This document shows positions 25,524-35,769 of a DNA stretch of 64,000 bases, piece after piece. The position numbers were made by a program, and so were the translations under genes. Each line of letters begins with the position of its first letter. Position 1 is the first letter of the stretch. Origin of the DNA: Candidatus Woesebacteria bacterium (lineage in GTDB: Bacteria; Patescibacteriota; Microgenomatia; UBA8517); assembly GCA_016432365.1 (NCBI GenBank), contig CP066686.1:64355-128354 (forward strand), written 5' to 3'. Below the pieces are notes generated by a model. It was not told the origin of the DNA. It saw only the letters and a program-made list of their open reading frames with translations, and ran no database searches.

Positions 25524-26138
25524 GTGGAATCAACAGAAATAAGTTTGGATAGTGTTGCGCGCGAATCAAGTACCGACAAAGAGTTGGGCCCTGATGTAGA
25601 CGAAAGGCTAAATAGATATTTCAAAACTCCATCTGAAAGAGAAATGCAAATATTGCAAATAAATATCGGTTCTGATTGCGTCGACTGGCTAACGTCCAGT
25701 AACCATAAATTATATGTTCCTGACAGACCTCCTTTTGTTAAAAAAATAACTGACCAACCCAGCCGCACTTTTTTTGTGGTAGACCACAATTGGATGTTAG
25801 AAATTGGAATATCGCTACCAGAATCAAATGGTGAAGAAAGTAGGAGGGTGACTTTATTTTTCAAATCTTTAGACGACACATTAAATGAGTGGCAGGAAAG
25901 AATTGACCACCCTGTCACTCAAATATTCCGTAATAAACGGAAAGACTCCGACTACAAGAAGAGTAGCGATGTGTTACAGGAAGGGTCTTTATCATTTTTA
26001 AAATTTTGTAGAGAAGTTGTTAAAAAAATAGATACCGAAAGTAGGATATATATTAATCCCAGTGACAAACAAAGAGCTAGACTATATAAAAAGGCATTGG
26101 GTGGTCAAAGCAACGTGACTTTTTTATCAGATATCTAA
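25524..26138 (+). CDS. Hypothetical protein (204 aa)
   Basis: This is the longest ORF in the interval; it competes with the antisense ORF 25517..25918. No motifs were recognised. Confidence 0.3.
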   Translation: MESTEISLDSVARESSTDKELGPDVDERLNRYFKTPSEREMQILQINIGSDCVDWLTSSNHKLYVPDRPPFVKKITDQPSRTFFVVDHNWMLEIGISLPESNGEESRRVTLFFKSLDDTLNEWQERIDHPVTQIFRNKRKDSDYKKSSDVLQEGSLSFLKFCREVVKKIDTESRIYINPSDKQRARLYKKALGGQSNVTFLSDI

Positions 26139-26145
26139 ATATCGG

Positions 26146-27132
26146 TTACTTTCTCCTTTTCTCCCACACTTCTGGGTTAACCAAATTTTCAGGCTTTTGT
26201 CCGGAGACGACCGTTAAAATTTGTCCCACTGCTTGTTCCCCCATTTTATTTCTGGCTTCCCAAGTGGCTGAAGCAATATGCGGAGTTGTTATAACATTCG
26301 GTGCATCATAAAGCTCCGGAGAAATATTTGGTTCGTTATCAAAAACATCCAAACCCGCCCCGCCAAGTTGCCCGTCTCTTAATGCGTCTACCAAATCCCG
26401 TTCATCAACAACCGATCCTCTGGCTGTATTGACTAAAAAGGCTCCTTTTTTCATTTTGGCAAAAGCCCCCTTATTTATCATGTGTCTGGTTTCGTCAGTT
26501 AAGGGCACATGCAAAGAAACGAAATCGCTCTGTGCATATAGTTCATCGAGGGAAACAAATTTAACACCAAGTTCTGCCTCCGACGCACGGTCCGGCTCGC
26601 GCTTATTATAAAGAAGTGTCATTTTATAACCTTGAGCTCGTCTGGCAACCATAGACCCGATCCTTCCGAGTCCGATGATCCCCAACGTCTTCCCCATCAC
26701 ATTGTGTCCCAAAAAAACATCCGGTTCCCAACCGCGATAGGCGCCGCGTCTGGTTGCTTCATCTGCCTCAACAATCCTCCTGGCCAAAGCCAGCATTAAA
26801 GCCCATGTATGTTCCGCAACCGACTCATTCACTTCATCGCTGGGAGTATTTGTTATAAGAATTCCACGATCACTAGCGGCTTTGATATCAATATTGTCAA
26901 ATCCAACTGCATAATTACTTACCATTTTAAGTTGTGGGCCAATAGCATCCATTACGTCTCCGTCAATCCGGTCAGTCAAAAGCGATAAAAGGAAATCTAC
27001 TCCGCGAGCCATATTAATAAGCTCTTCTTGGGTGAGCGGTCTATTGAATTCGGAGACTGTTACTTCATTTCCGTCAGTTTTTAAGCGTTCTATAAAGTCT
27101 CCGGGGATTTTTCTTGTTACAAAAACTTTCAT
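26146..27132 (-). CDS. D-isomer-specific 2-hydroxyacid dehydrogenase (glyoxylate/hydroxypyruvate reductase-like)
   Basis: It has the NAD-binding motif GKTLGIIGLGRIGSMVARRA and the catalytic HIASAT region; length is 328 aa. Confidence 0.8.
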   Translation of the reverse strand: MKVFVTRKIPGDFIERLKTDGNEVTVSEFNRPLTQEELINMARGVDFLLSLLTDRIDGDVMDAIGPQLKMVSNYAVGFDNIDIKAASDRGILITNTPSDEVNESVAEHTWALMLALARRIVEADEATRRGAYRGWEPDVFLGHNVMGKTLGIIGLGRIGSMVARRAQGYKMTLLYNKREPDRASEAELGVKFVSLDELYAQSDFVSLHVPLTDETRHMINKGAFAKMKKGAFLVNTARGSVVDERDLVDALRDGQLGGAGLDVFDNEPNISPELYDAPNVITTPHIASATWEARNKMGEQAVGQILTVVSGQKPENLVNPEVWEKRRK

Positions 27133-27145
27133 TGTGTTATTTTGG

Positions 27146-28144
27146 TTAAAAATTAATTACATTTACACCGCTACTTTTACACCTGATAAGCCATCCGTCC
27201 ATTTCCTCAAATTTCAAAAGGCCTTTTTGCGGGCCGGTATAGCCAATGACGGATGCTGAATTTGCAGTTCCCCAAAGAAGCGCCTCCTCTAGTGTTCTGC
27301 CATGAATTATCGCAGAAAGGGAACCACTTCCGAATGCATCCCCCGCCCCGGTCCGTTCGTATGCATCAACCGGAAGAATCCCAACCCGCACAAATTTACC
27401 ATTGATGCTGTCGTAGGCAAATGCTCCATCCCCACCATCTGTAATAATGCAAATCTTTGGACCAAGTTTATTTAGTGCGATAAGTAAATCGCGATCGCGT
27501 CCGTTTGATTCTCCAAAATTTGTAAGCTTTTCTGCTTCTTGCCTATTTACATACATTATATGAGTTGATTCAACTATTCCTTTAATCGAATCGTAGCCGG
27601 CTCGAAGCTGCCAGCTTCCGGGGTTAAAGGCCAACTTTATAGTTGGGTTTTTCTTGATCCATTCGGTCAGATGATTATAAAAAGGTCTAAAACTTTCCCC
27701 CATGCTGGTTAAGTAAACCCAGGGTACTACCGGAAGTTGCACCGGAAACTCATAGCTTCTGGGGGCGTGATAAACAAAGATTGTGCGCTCTCCCATATAA
27801 TTGATTATCGTGGAATAATTAGATGTTGTTCCAGGCTGCTGAATTACATAGGTCATATCAACCCCTTCACTTTTTAGTTTTTCGACAATTAAGTTTCCAA
27901 TACTATCGTCACCTAATGTCAAAAGGATAGAAGAATTTACCCCAAGCCTTTTTGCACCAACCGCATTATTTCCGGCATTACCGCCAACGGCGAATTCTAA
28001 ATTTCTAACCGGTATTTTTTCTCCATATGCGAATGCTATTAAGCACTGCTTCTTATCAACTGTGCAAAGGGTCTCCGTTTCAAGCGGGGTCATAAACGTA
28101 TCGATAGAGGAATCTCCGATTGAGAGTAAATCTGTTGGATTCAT
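27146..28144 (-). CDS. PfkB/ribokinase-family carbohydrate kinase
   Basis: It has the N-terminal GG motif region and the C-terminal anion-hole motif TGAGDAFGSG. Confidence 0.75.
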   Translation of the reverse strand: MNPTDLLSIGDSSIDTFMTPLETETLCTVDKKQCLIAFAYGEKIPVRNLEFAVGGNAGNNAVGAKRLGVNSSILLTLGDDSIGNLIVEKLKSEGVDMTYVIQQPGTTSNYSTIINYMGERTIFVYHAPRSYEFPVQLPVVPWVYLTSMGESFRPFYNHLTEWIKKNPTIKLAFNPGSWQLRAGYDSIKGIVESTHIMYVNRQEAEKLTNFGESNGRDRDLLIALNKLGPKICIITDGGDGAFAYDSINGKFVRVGILPVDAYERTGAGDAFGSGSLSAIIHGRTLEEALLWGTANSASVIGYTGPQKGLLKFEEMDGWLIRCKSSGVNVINF

Positions 28145-29107
28145 TTAGAGTTCTCCTTTCGCCGCTTTTGAAACCGTTTCAAGCCTTTTGATAAAAACTT
28201 GCTGGGCCTTTGCGGTATTTTCATCTTTTCCGGTCCATGTTTCCATCGCTTCATTTTGTAAGGCCCTGGAAAACGAAAATGTTAAAACCCAGGGGGAATC
28301 TCCTTTAAGCTTCACTATCTCGTTTAGATTGCTCGTTGCCTCATCCGGAGTTTGTCCGCCAGAAAGAAAAACGACTCCGGGAACTTCGGGTGGAACAGAC
28401 CTCTTAAGCGCCCTAAGTGTTGCGTTCGCCACTTCCAAAGGAAGCGCCTTTACCCCACTATCCGGACCAGGCAATGCCATACTGGTTTTGACTATCAGAT
28501 TTTTAAGATCTACTCCTTCGGAATTTAACTTTTCAAAAAGAATTTTCAATGTTGAGTCTAATGTCTCGCTACACCTTGTGGTGGTATGATTTCCCTCGAG
28601 TAGAACTTCGGGTTCAACAATTGGAACGATACCGTTTTCCTGGGCAATTTTTGCATATTTAGCCATTCTTCCCAGGTTTTCATCATAAAAATCTTTTGAA
28701 GGATACATGTCTGTGATCTTGAAAACCCCTCTCCATTTGGCAAATCTCATTCCCATCTCGGCATATTCTTTAAGCCGAATGTCTAATGTCTCCAAGCCTT
28801 TTGTGATCTGTTCTGGGGTATTGTTAAACGATTCCAAACCTTCATCGACTTTAATTCCCGGGACAACCCCCTTTGATTCTAAAATTTTGTGAAGATCCTG
28901 ACGGACGGACTCGTCAAATAAGATAACGCCACTTATATAGTTTTCTATGCCCTGTGTCGTAAAAAGCATCTCCCGGTATTTTTTATTAAGCTCCGGGGTT
29001 GAAGTAAGGCCCAAAGTTTCGAATCTATTTGAAATTGTTTTTGTCGATTCATCTGCGGCCAAAAGGCCTTTTCCCTCGACAAGAAGTTTTTGGACAGTTT
29101 CCTGCAT
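28145..29107 (-). CDS. Fructose-bisphosphate aldolase, class I
   Basis: The N-terminus EGKGLLAADES matches the class I FBA signature (GKGILAADES); length is 320 aa. Confidence 0.8.
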   Translation of the reverse strand: MQETVQKLLVEGKGLLAADESTKTISNRFETLGLTSTPELNKKYREMLFTTQGIENYISGVILFDESVRQDLHKILESKGVVPGIKVDEGLESFNNTPEQITKGLETLDIRLKEYAEMGMRFAKWRGVFKITDMYPSKDFYDENLGRMAKYAKIAQENGIVPIVEPEVLLEGNHTTTRCSETLDSTLKILFEKLNSEGVDLKNLIVKTSMALPGPDSGVKALPLEVANATLRALKRSVPPEVPGVVFLSGGQTPDEATSNLNEIVKLKGDSPWVLTFSFSRALQNEAMETWTGKDENTAKAQQVFIKRLETVSKAAKGEL

Positions 29108-29147
29108 ATATTCAGTCTATCAGCTAACCGTTGGGGACTTCAACAGC

Positions 29148-30008
29148 ATGTTGTATACTTTGAATATGGATCCCCAAGTACCAATTGAAGATCAAATTCC
29201 AAATAAAAAATCTCAATTAACAAATGGCACAAACAACGTCACCGTAATAAGCATGGCTGTATTTGTATTGTTGGCTTTGGGGGCAGTCACATTTTTGTAT
29301 TATCAAAACCAACAATTAAAGAAAATGCTGGCAAATTACCAAACACCCATCGGCTCGCCGGAGCCAACGGCGAAGGCGGCAACGACAGATCCAACAGCAA
29401 GTTGGAAAACATATACGGCATCGGATGGGTCTTTTTTACTAAAATATCCAATAGATTGGAGTATTCCCAATGAAGAAAAGCTGCAAAATGTTCAACGAAT
29501 AAACTTTGATAATACATTAATTGTCACGTCCAGACCTGCTTTAACCCTTGATCAATACGTGGCTAAAAATTTACCTTTGGACAAAACTTTGCCTGTTGAC
29601 TACACAAATGGTGACATACATGGCAAAAAACTTATTTATAAAAGCGGGGTCGACCAATCTACAATTGATACAGTTATTGTTTTTCCCGGCAAAACGCAGA
29701 ATGTAATTACTTTTTCATATACCGACTTCCCTGGGCACATAACTAAATCAGAGGTTGTTGACCAAATTCTCTCCACTTTTAAGTTTTTAGAATCTCCAAC
29801 TGCAACCTGTGTTCCACTGCCCACCTGTGCATACAACACAGATCCAAACAAACCTACATGTAAAATAGCCGAAAAACCATCTACTGGAGGAGTTTGGTGC
29901 CAACCATCACCGTCGCCGAAATCGTGTACAGAAGAAGCGAAACTTTGTCCCGATGGAAGCTATGTTGGCAGAACCGGGCCAAACTGTGAATTTGCCCCGT
30001 GTCTTTAA
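29148..30008 (+). CDS. Hypothetical membrane-anchored protein with a Cys-rich C-terminal tail
   Basis: The track ORF is 28947..30008 and overlaps the aldolase gene on the other strand, so a later start (MLYTLNMDP...) is likelier. It has a TM helix (AVFVLLALGAVTFLY) and 8 Cys in the last 70 aa. Confidence 0.45.
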   Translation: MLYTLNMDPQVPIEDQIPNKKSQLTNGTNNVTVISMAVFVLLALGAVTFLYYQNQQLKKMLANYQTPIGSPEPTAKAATTDPTASWKTYTASDGSFLLKYPIDWSIPNEEKLQNVQRINFDNTLIVTSRPALTLDQYVAKNLPLDKTLPVDYTNGDIHGKKLIYKSGVDQSTIDTVIVFPGKTQNVITFSYTDFPGHITKSEVVDQILSTFKFLESPTATCVPLPTCAYNTDPNKPTCKIAEKPSTGGVWCQPSPSPKSCTEEAKLCPDGSYVGRTGPNCEFAPCL

Positions 30009-31000
30009 GAATTTTTTCGTACAATAACCTTTTTGACGGCTACGACAATATCTTCTGACTTCATATGATATTTCCTGAGTAACTCATCCGGCTCCCCGCT
30101 CTCGCCAAAATGATCAGGCATCCCGATAAACTCCTGAGGAGTCGGCAGATTCTTAGCCAAAAGCTCGGCAACGGCCCCACCCAAGCCACCAATAATTTGA
30201 TGTTCCTCAACTGTTACAACTGCCCCGGTCTTTTTGACTGAAGATATAATAGTCCGTTCGTCCAGGGGTTTAATTGTATGACAGTTAACAACTTCTACAT
30301 TAATTCCTGTTTTTTCAAGTTCCTGAGCTGCAATTAATGCTTCAAAAAGAAGCGATCCTGCTGCAATTATAGATACTTGTGGGTCTTTGGATATCCAAAA
30401 AACGTCCGCTTTTCCGATTTTGAAAGGAGTTGCCTCGGTTGTTATTACCACCGTTTTCTCCCGCGCGAGTCGAATATAAGTTGGCTTTCCGTTTGCAGCC
30501 GATGCGACAGTCGCTTTTTTGGCTTCGACAGAGTCACATGGGTAAACTACAATCATATTTGGCATTGCCCGCATCAAAGCAATATCTTCAAGCATCTGGT
30601 GGGTCGCTCCGTCAGGCCCAACAGTTAAACCGGCATGGGCACCGGCAATTTTAACCGGAACATCATTAAGAGCAATCGTTGTCCTTATCTGCTCCCAATT
30701 ACGCCCCGGGGAAAATGCTGCGTACGATGAGATAAAAGGAATTTTTCCGTAGTTGGCCATTCCGGCAGCTACCGTCGCCATTCCTTGCTCGGCAACCCCC
30801 ATCTCCACAAATCTTGATGGGAATTTTTCTTTAAAAAGATTAGACCTTGTAGACTCGGTCAGATCTGCACATAAAACAACAACATTCGGATCCTTCTCTC
30901 CGGCGATGACGAGTCCTTCTCCGTATCCCTGACGTGTCGGAATCTGTTCAACGTCTTTTTCAAAAATTTTCTCGGCTAGTTTCAGTGAACTTCTTAGCAT
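30005..31000 (-). CDS. Transketolase C-terminal section (pyrimidine-binding + C-terminal domains)
   Basis: The 331-aa ORF matches the transketolase subunit-B layout (GEKDPNVVVLCADL, MGVAEQGMATVAAGMA). Confidence 0.85.
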   Translation of the reverse strand: MLRSSLKLAEKIFEKDVEQIPTRQGYGEGLVIAGEKDPNVVVLCADLTESTRSNLFKEKFPSRFVEMGVAEQGMATVAAGMANYGKIPFISSYAAFSPGRNWEQIRTTIALNDVPVKIAGAHAGLTVGPDGATHQMLEDIALMRAMPNMIVVYPCDSVEAKKATVASAANGKPTYIRLAREKTVVITTEATPFKIGKADVFWISKDPQVSIIAAGSLLFEALIAAQELEKTGINVEVVNCHTIKPLDERTIISSVKKTGAVVTVEEHQIIGGLGGAVAELLAKNLPTPQEFIGMPDHFGESGEPDELLRKYHMKSEDIVVAVKKVIVRKNS

Positions 31001-31003
31001 TTG

Positions 31004-31672
31004 TTAATATTTCTCCCCTTCAAGATATCTTATAAAACTCTGGAACTTGCTTTTGTTACCTTCAGCTATTGCTCTGGCCTCTGTCTCTCCAAAACCCAAA
31101 CGATTTGGGCCTTTGTAAGGCGCAATATGTCCTAAATCTATAAGATATAGTTTACCTATCCCCGTTTGTCTGTCCGCAACTACCGCAAAAGAGTCGAAAG
31201 ATAGGTATACGTTGACAGAATTCGCAATTTTGTATATTTTTTCAACTTGTTCGATGTTTTCTGCTTTATTATTCAATTCAAATTCCCAGGGTATTTCTCC
31301 TGCCTCAATAAGTTTTGAATAATGTCTATCTATAATTACATTTTTGCCTCCCTGCGTCATATCTGTTGCTATCACCTTTTTACCATTTACTCGAACAGTT
31401 GGTGGAAGTGGAATATAATCAATTTCCCCATTTTCTTTTGCCTTCTGAAAGGCGTCGTATAGGATTTCGTAAACTTCCAACAGCCTGCCAGACTCTCTGG
31501 CATCTTTAACAAACATTTCGGACATATTTCTAGTTCTTCCCCCAATGCTAACCGAAACACTAGCTTCACCTTTCGAACCTTCTGTGCCTATACCAATATC
31601 CCTTTTTTGCATAACGGCCAACATATTACTCCTTCCACCTCTACCCTGGTATTGTTCAAAAACGTCATTCAT
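31004..31672 (-). CDS. Hypothetical protein inserted between the two transketolase halves
   Basis: A 222-aa ORF with a faint kinase-like LYLIDLGH segment and otherwise unassigned. It is tightly packed between the two tkt halves (4-nt gap, 8-nt overlap). Confidence 0.5.
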   Translation of the reverse strand: MNDVFEQYQGRGGRSNMLAVMQKRDIGIGTEGSKGEASVSVSIGGRTRNMSEMFVKDARESGRLLEVYEILYDAFQKAKENGEIDYIPLPPTVRVNGKKVIATDMTQGGKNVIIDRHYSKLIEAGEIPWEFELNNKAENIEQVEKIYKIANSVNVYLSFDSFAVVADRQTGIGKLYLIDLGHIAPYKGPNRLGFGETEARAIAEGNKSKFQSFIRYLEGEKY

Positions 31673-32540
31673 GTTCCGATCTTATTTTTCCTCCCAATGT
31701 TCGTAATTCATGTAGTGCTATCTTTGCCTGTTCTTCTTTTGGCGGCTCACCTGGAATATTTGTCCCAGGGGGGTTCCCGTGCCATTTATAATCCCCCTCC
31801 ATAAAATCCACTCCTTTTCCGGGAATGGTGTGGGCAATTATTACAGTCGGATTTTCAAATATGGCTTTGGCCTTACCTGTGGCGTCAATGATTTCCTGCA
31901 TATTGTGCCCATCAATTTCTATAACACTCCAGTTAAACGCCTTGTATTTTTCAACCATCGGTTCAAGAGGCATTATGTCTTCTGTATAGCCATCGATTTG
32001 AATATTATTACGATCGACTATCATGGTCAGGTTCGAAAGATTGTATTTAGCTGCAAACATTACCGCCTCCCAATGATTCCCCTCCTGGTGTTCGCCGTCG
32101 CTGGTTATGCAATACACTCTGAACTTTTGACCATCCATTTTGGCAGCATATGCATAACCGGCAGCCTGAGCCAATCCGCTCCCTAGTGGGCCCGAAGTTG
32201 TTTCCACTCCCGGAAGCCTTAATCTCTCCGGATGCCCCTGAAGCCTGCTCCCCAATTTTCGAAGAGTCATCAGTTCGCTAACAGGAAAATACCCGGCCTC
32301 AGCCATTGCAGCATAACGGACCGGACAAATGTGACCGTTAGAAAGCATCAATCTGTCTCGCTCTTCCCACATCGGATTATGCGGATCGTGATTTAAAATA
32401 TGAAAGTAAAGCGCCGTAAAAATATCAGCCATTCCCAAGGGCCCAGCCGCATGCCCGCTCCCTGCTTCTACAAGCATTTTAATAATGTCTTCTCTGATTG
32501 TATTCGCCTTTAGTTCAAGTTCTTTAATGTCCAATTTCAT
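31665..32540 (-). CDS. Transketolase N-terminal section (TPP-binding domain)
   Basis: It has the motifs GSGHAAGPLGMADIF and GHPE, and GDGEHQEG (TPP Mg site); length is 291 aa. Confidence 0.85.
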   Translation of the reverse strand: MKLDIKELELKANTIREDIIKMLVEAGSGHAAGPLGMADIFTALYFHILNHDPHNPMWEERDRLMLSNGHICPVRYAAMAEAGYFPVSELMTLRKLGSRLQGHPERLRLPGVETTSGPLGSGLAQAAGYAYAAKMDGQKFRVYCITSDGEHQEGNHWEAVMFAAKYNLSNLTMIVDRNNIQIDGYTEDIMPLEPMVEKYKAFNWSVIEIDGHNMQEIIDATGKAKAIFENPTVIIAHTIPGKGVDFMEGDYKWHGNPPGTNIPGEPPKEEQAKIALHELRTLGGKIRSEHE

Positions 32541-32547
32541 AATATTA

Positions 32548-32578
32548 CTAGAAGCTAGATACTAGTTGCTAGCTTCTT
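32548..32578. repeat. CTAG-rich palindromic intergenic repeat, copy 4 (agaagctagatactagttgctagcttct; 9-bp stem)
   Basis: It lies between the tkt-N start and the LOG gene stop. Coordinates are ±1. Confidence 0.6.
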
Positions 32579-33201
32579 GATTTAATTTGGAACGGGCTTT
32601 CTTCGTTATTTGCACCCTCTTTTCTTTTCAACGCACCTTCAAAAACCTGAATTGCTGCATACGCTTCTTCTGGGGTGGAAACTACTCTAAAAACTTCAAG
32701 CTCTTCGGGTCTGGTTCTCATATTTTCCACAAAGGCTTTAATTATGTTGTTCCAAAATTCTCCGTATAGAATCAGGGGCTTGTGGTGGCCAAAATAAAGA
32801 CGGGCAAGTCCCCAAGCCATTCCAAATTCCGAAATTGTCCCTGTTCCGCCTCTGAATATCACATAGGCATCCCCCATTTCCAAAAGTTTGAGGGTCCTCT
32901 CCAAATAATTTTTTGTCTTTATTTCAATATCAAAAGGGTTGTTCTTATCTCTACCTTCATAATTGGCGACATCCTTAGGATAAAATGTAACTCCAACTGC
33001 TGTACCGTTAACAGCTTTTGCCCCTTCAGAAACGGCTCTCATTGTCCCGGGTCCTCCGCCGTTTATTGCTACATAGCCTTTACTCGTTAAATATTTTGCG
33101 CATTCATATGCTTCCTGAAACAATGGATCTCCAGGTTTTGCATCGGCAAAACCAAGATAAGAAATCTGTCTGATTTTTTTATCTAAAAAGTCTTGTGGCA
33201 T
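32569..33201 (-). CDS. LOG-family protein (TIGR00730; cytokinin riboside 5'-monophosphate phosphoribohydrolase-like)
   Basis: It has the motifs INGGGPGTMRAV and the RGGTGT PGGxGTxxE-like motif. Confidence 0.8.
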   Translation of the reverse strand: MPQDFLDKKIRQISYLGFADAKPGDPLFQEAYECAKYLTSKGYVAINGGGPGTMRAVSEGAKAVNGTAVGVTFYPKDVANYEGRDKNNPFDIEIKTKNYLERTLKLLEMGDAYVIFRGGTGTISEFGMAWGLARLYFGHHKPLILYGEFWNNIIKAFVENMRTRPEELEVFRVVSTPEEAYAAIQVFEGALKRKEGANNEESPFQIKSRS

Positions 33202-33211
33202 ATGTACTCTT

Positions 33212-33886
33212 CTACTCTAATTTATCCGCTGCTTCTGTAAATTTCTTAATATTTATTGCCAAGTCTCCGTCAAACAAGCGCTTACCGATTACAACTTCAT
33301 CTGCCCCTGCATAGTGTGTATCATCAATAACATCGACTGTTTCCCCTCCGTCAACACAAATTTTGAATGGTGTTCTGTCTCTAACCCTTATCGCGTCCAA
33401 CTCTTTAATCTTATCAAGGACATGTTTATCAAATTTCTGTCCGCCAAAACCGGCTTTAACAGCCATCAGAAGTATAACATCAACATTATTTAAAATAAGC
33501 GCGTTAAGTTCAGAGACTGGAGTTTCAAGATCTAGTGCTAAACCTATATAAAGGCCTGTTTCTTGCACCTTTTCCACAAACTCGACTTGATTTTGCATCA
33601 TTTCGATTTGACCTATTATTCGGTCAGCCCCGGCATTGGCGCATTTTTCAATCCAATTGACCGGCTCTTTGACCATTAAATGAAAGTCGATACCCAGGTC
33701 TGTGTCTAGTCCTACCAGATTTACCGGATCCACTGTTCGGTTATCCGCAAACACTCCGTCTATTACATCTATCTGAATTGTCCTAACAGTTATCCCTTCA
33801 ATATACGAAGCATCATTAATCCGTTTCACCTTGTCGTTAAGATCTGTAATATTATCAGTAAGAATTGCAGGAATAATATTTATCAC
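33212..33886 (-). CDS. rpe: Ribulose-phosphate 3-epimerase
   Basis: It has a TIM-barrel Rpe-like pattern (IDGVFADNRT, HLMV, GADRI, VDGG); length is 224 aa. Confidence 0.7.
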   Translation of the reverse strand: MINIIPAILTDNITDLNDKVKRINDASYIEGITVRTIQIDVIDGVFADNRTVDPVNLVGLDTDLGIDFHLMVKEPVNWIEKCANAGADRIIGQIEMMQNQVEFVEKVQETGLYIGLALDLETPVSELNALILNNVDVILLMAVKAGFGGQKFDKHVLDKIKELDAIRVRDRTPFKICVDGGETVDVIDDTHYAGADEVVIGKRLFDGDLAINIKKFTEAADKLE

Positions 33887-35013
33887 GTTTGTTCAGTTGG
33901 CCCGGCGAAGGATAGTGTAATCGGATCCGTTGGCACAGAGTTTCCCTCCAGGGTTCTTCCTACCCGTATCACTTGTTCTACAAGTCGGTTGGCATATCCC
34001 CACTCGTTGTCGTACCAGGCAAAAACTTTGACCATATTCCCCGCAACAACCTGCGTTAATGGTAAGTCCACTATAGCAGACTCGCTTCTGCCGATGATAT
34101 CGCTTGATACCAAAAATCCATCAGAAACAGCCAATATGCCTTTGTAGATGGGATTTCCTATAGCATCTTTGAAGGCTTGGTTTACCTCTTCTTTTGTAAC
34201 ATTTCGTTTTAAAAGAAATGTAAAGTCGGTTAATGAACCCGTTGTTGTCGGTACTCTTAAACTCATCCCGTCAAAGAGGCCCTTTAACTCGGGGATTGTT
34301 TCTGTTGTGGCAATTGCGGCACCGGTAGTTGTCGGAATAATATTTTGCGCGGCCGCTCTCGCCCGTCTTAAATCTTTGTGGCTGCTATCTTGCAAAACCT
34401 GATCGTCTGTATAACTATGGATTGTTGTCATCATCGCCTTTTCAATTCCAAATTTGGCCTGCATAACTGCAGCAACCGGCGCGACACAATTTGTAGTACA
34501 ACTGGCGTTACTTATTACCATTCCCTCCGGATCCTTCCCATCCACTTCATTAACACCAAGTACGTAAGTTCCAACGTTACCTCCTTTTGCAGGAGCAGAA
34601 ATAACAACCCGCTTTGCACCCCCAACTGCATGTTTTTTAGCCCCCTCCTCGTCGGTAAAATGTCCGGTGGCTTCAATCACCACCTCAACCCCGTATTTGC
34701 TCCACGGAATTTTTGTTGGATCCTTTTGAGCCAATACAGGAACCTTAACATTTCTTTCCGAAATCATTAAATTTCCAATCTGCGGTTCCCCATCCGTTGC
34801 TTGATCAGAAGCTTTTAGCTCTTCACTCTTAACTTTATATTGAAACTCCCTGTACATCGTATCGTAGTTCGTGAGGTGTGCCCAACTTGCCGTATTCATG
34901 CTCCCTGGAGTGTTAACTGCCCCAAACTCAATTTCATCGGAATGTTTGAGGATTCCAATTCTAAATGCAAGTCTTCCTATTCTACCGAAACCATTTATTC
35001 CAACTTTAATCAT
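33883..35013 (-). CDS. gap: Glyceraldehyde-3-phosphate dehydrogenase
   Basis: It has the N-terminal GINGFGRIGR and catalytic SNASCTTNC motifs; at 376 aa it carries an insertion relative to typical GAPDH. Confidence 0.9.
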   Translation of the reverse strand: MIKVGINGFGRIGRLAFRIGILKHSDEIEFGAVNTPGSMNTASWAHLTNYDTMYREFQYKVKSEELKASDQATDGEPQIGNLMISERNVKVPVLAQKDPTKIPWSKYGVEVVIEATGHFTDEEGAKKHAVGGAKRVVISAPAKGGNVGTYVLGVNEVDGKDPEGMVISNASCTTNCVAPVAAVMQAKFGIEKAMMTTIHSYTDDQVLQDSSHKDLRRARAAAQNIIPTTTGAAIATTETIPELKGLFDGMSLRVPTTTGSLTDFTFLLKRNVTKEEVNQAFKDAIGNPIYKGILAVSDGFLVSSDIIGRSESAIVDLPLTQVVAGNMVKVFAWYDNEWGYANRLVEQVIRVGRTLEGNSVPTDPITLSFAGPTEQT

Positions 35014-35065
35014 ATGGGCAGCTCGACATGAGCATTAAAACCATTATACAAGTATAATAGTAGCC

Positions 35066-35746
35066 ATGAAAGTATCTGTGATAATTCCAGCCTACAATGA
35101 GGAGAAATTCATAGGCAGATGCCTGGGAAGCGTTATTGGACAAAGTATGCCGGCAGACGAAATCGTAGTTATTGACAATAACTCAAAGGATAAAACAGTA
35201 GAAATAACAAAGAGGTTTCGTGTAAAAATTGTTAAGGAGAAAAAACAGGGTATGATTTTTGCCAGAAACAGAGGTTTTAATGAAGCAAAATATAATATTA
35301 TTGCCAGGTGTGATGCGGATGTGGTTGTCCCCCATGATTGGATAGAAAGAATAAAGAAAAATTTTAGTAAAAAAGACATAGATGCCCTCTCGGGTCCGGT
35401 TGCCTATACCGACTCCCCTCTAGTAACCAGTTCTCCTTTTCCTTCAAAGGTTTATTTGGAATCCCTCAGATTGCTTTCTAAGGGCAATAGATACTTAGTT
35501 GGAATGAACATGTCACTAACAAGAGACATATGGAAAAAGGTAAAACACTCTGTGAGCTTAGATGACTCTAAGGTCCATGAAGACCTAGATTTATCTCTTA
35601 ACATCGTTAAGGCTGGTGGAACCATAGGCTATGATTCAAAATTAATAGTAAGTAGCTCCGCAAGACGAATAATCGGCAAGCCTAAGTCTTTTTTTATAGA
35701 ATACCCGGCTCGTGTAATTAAAACTTTTTTACTTAACAATAAATAA
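35066..35746 (+). CDS. Glycosyltransferase family 2
   Basis: It has VIIPAYNEE, the DxD region (VIDNNSKD) and a GT-A fold pattern. Confidence 0.8.
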   Translation: MKVSVIIPAYNEEKFIGRCLGSVIGQSMPADEIVVIDNNSKDKTVEITKRFRVKIVKEKKQGMIFARNRGFNEAKYNIIARCDADVVVPHDWIERIKKNFSKKDIDALSGPVAYTDSPLVTSSPFPSKVYLESLRLLSKGNRYLVGMNMSLTRDIWKKVKHSVSLDDSKVHEDLDLSLNIVKAGGTIGYDSKLIVSSSARRIIGKPKSFFIEYPARVIKTFLLNNK

Positions 35747-35769
35747 ATTTCTGTTGCTAAAATAATTTA

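Noticed and set aside
25517-25918. Minus-strand 133-aa ORF competing with the plus-strand 25524..26138 ORF
   Set aside because: The two overlap almost completely. The plus-strand ORF is longer and was retained, but neither has supporting motifs, so confidence is low and the strand call could be wrong.
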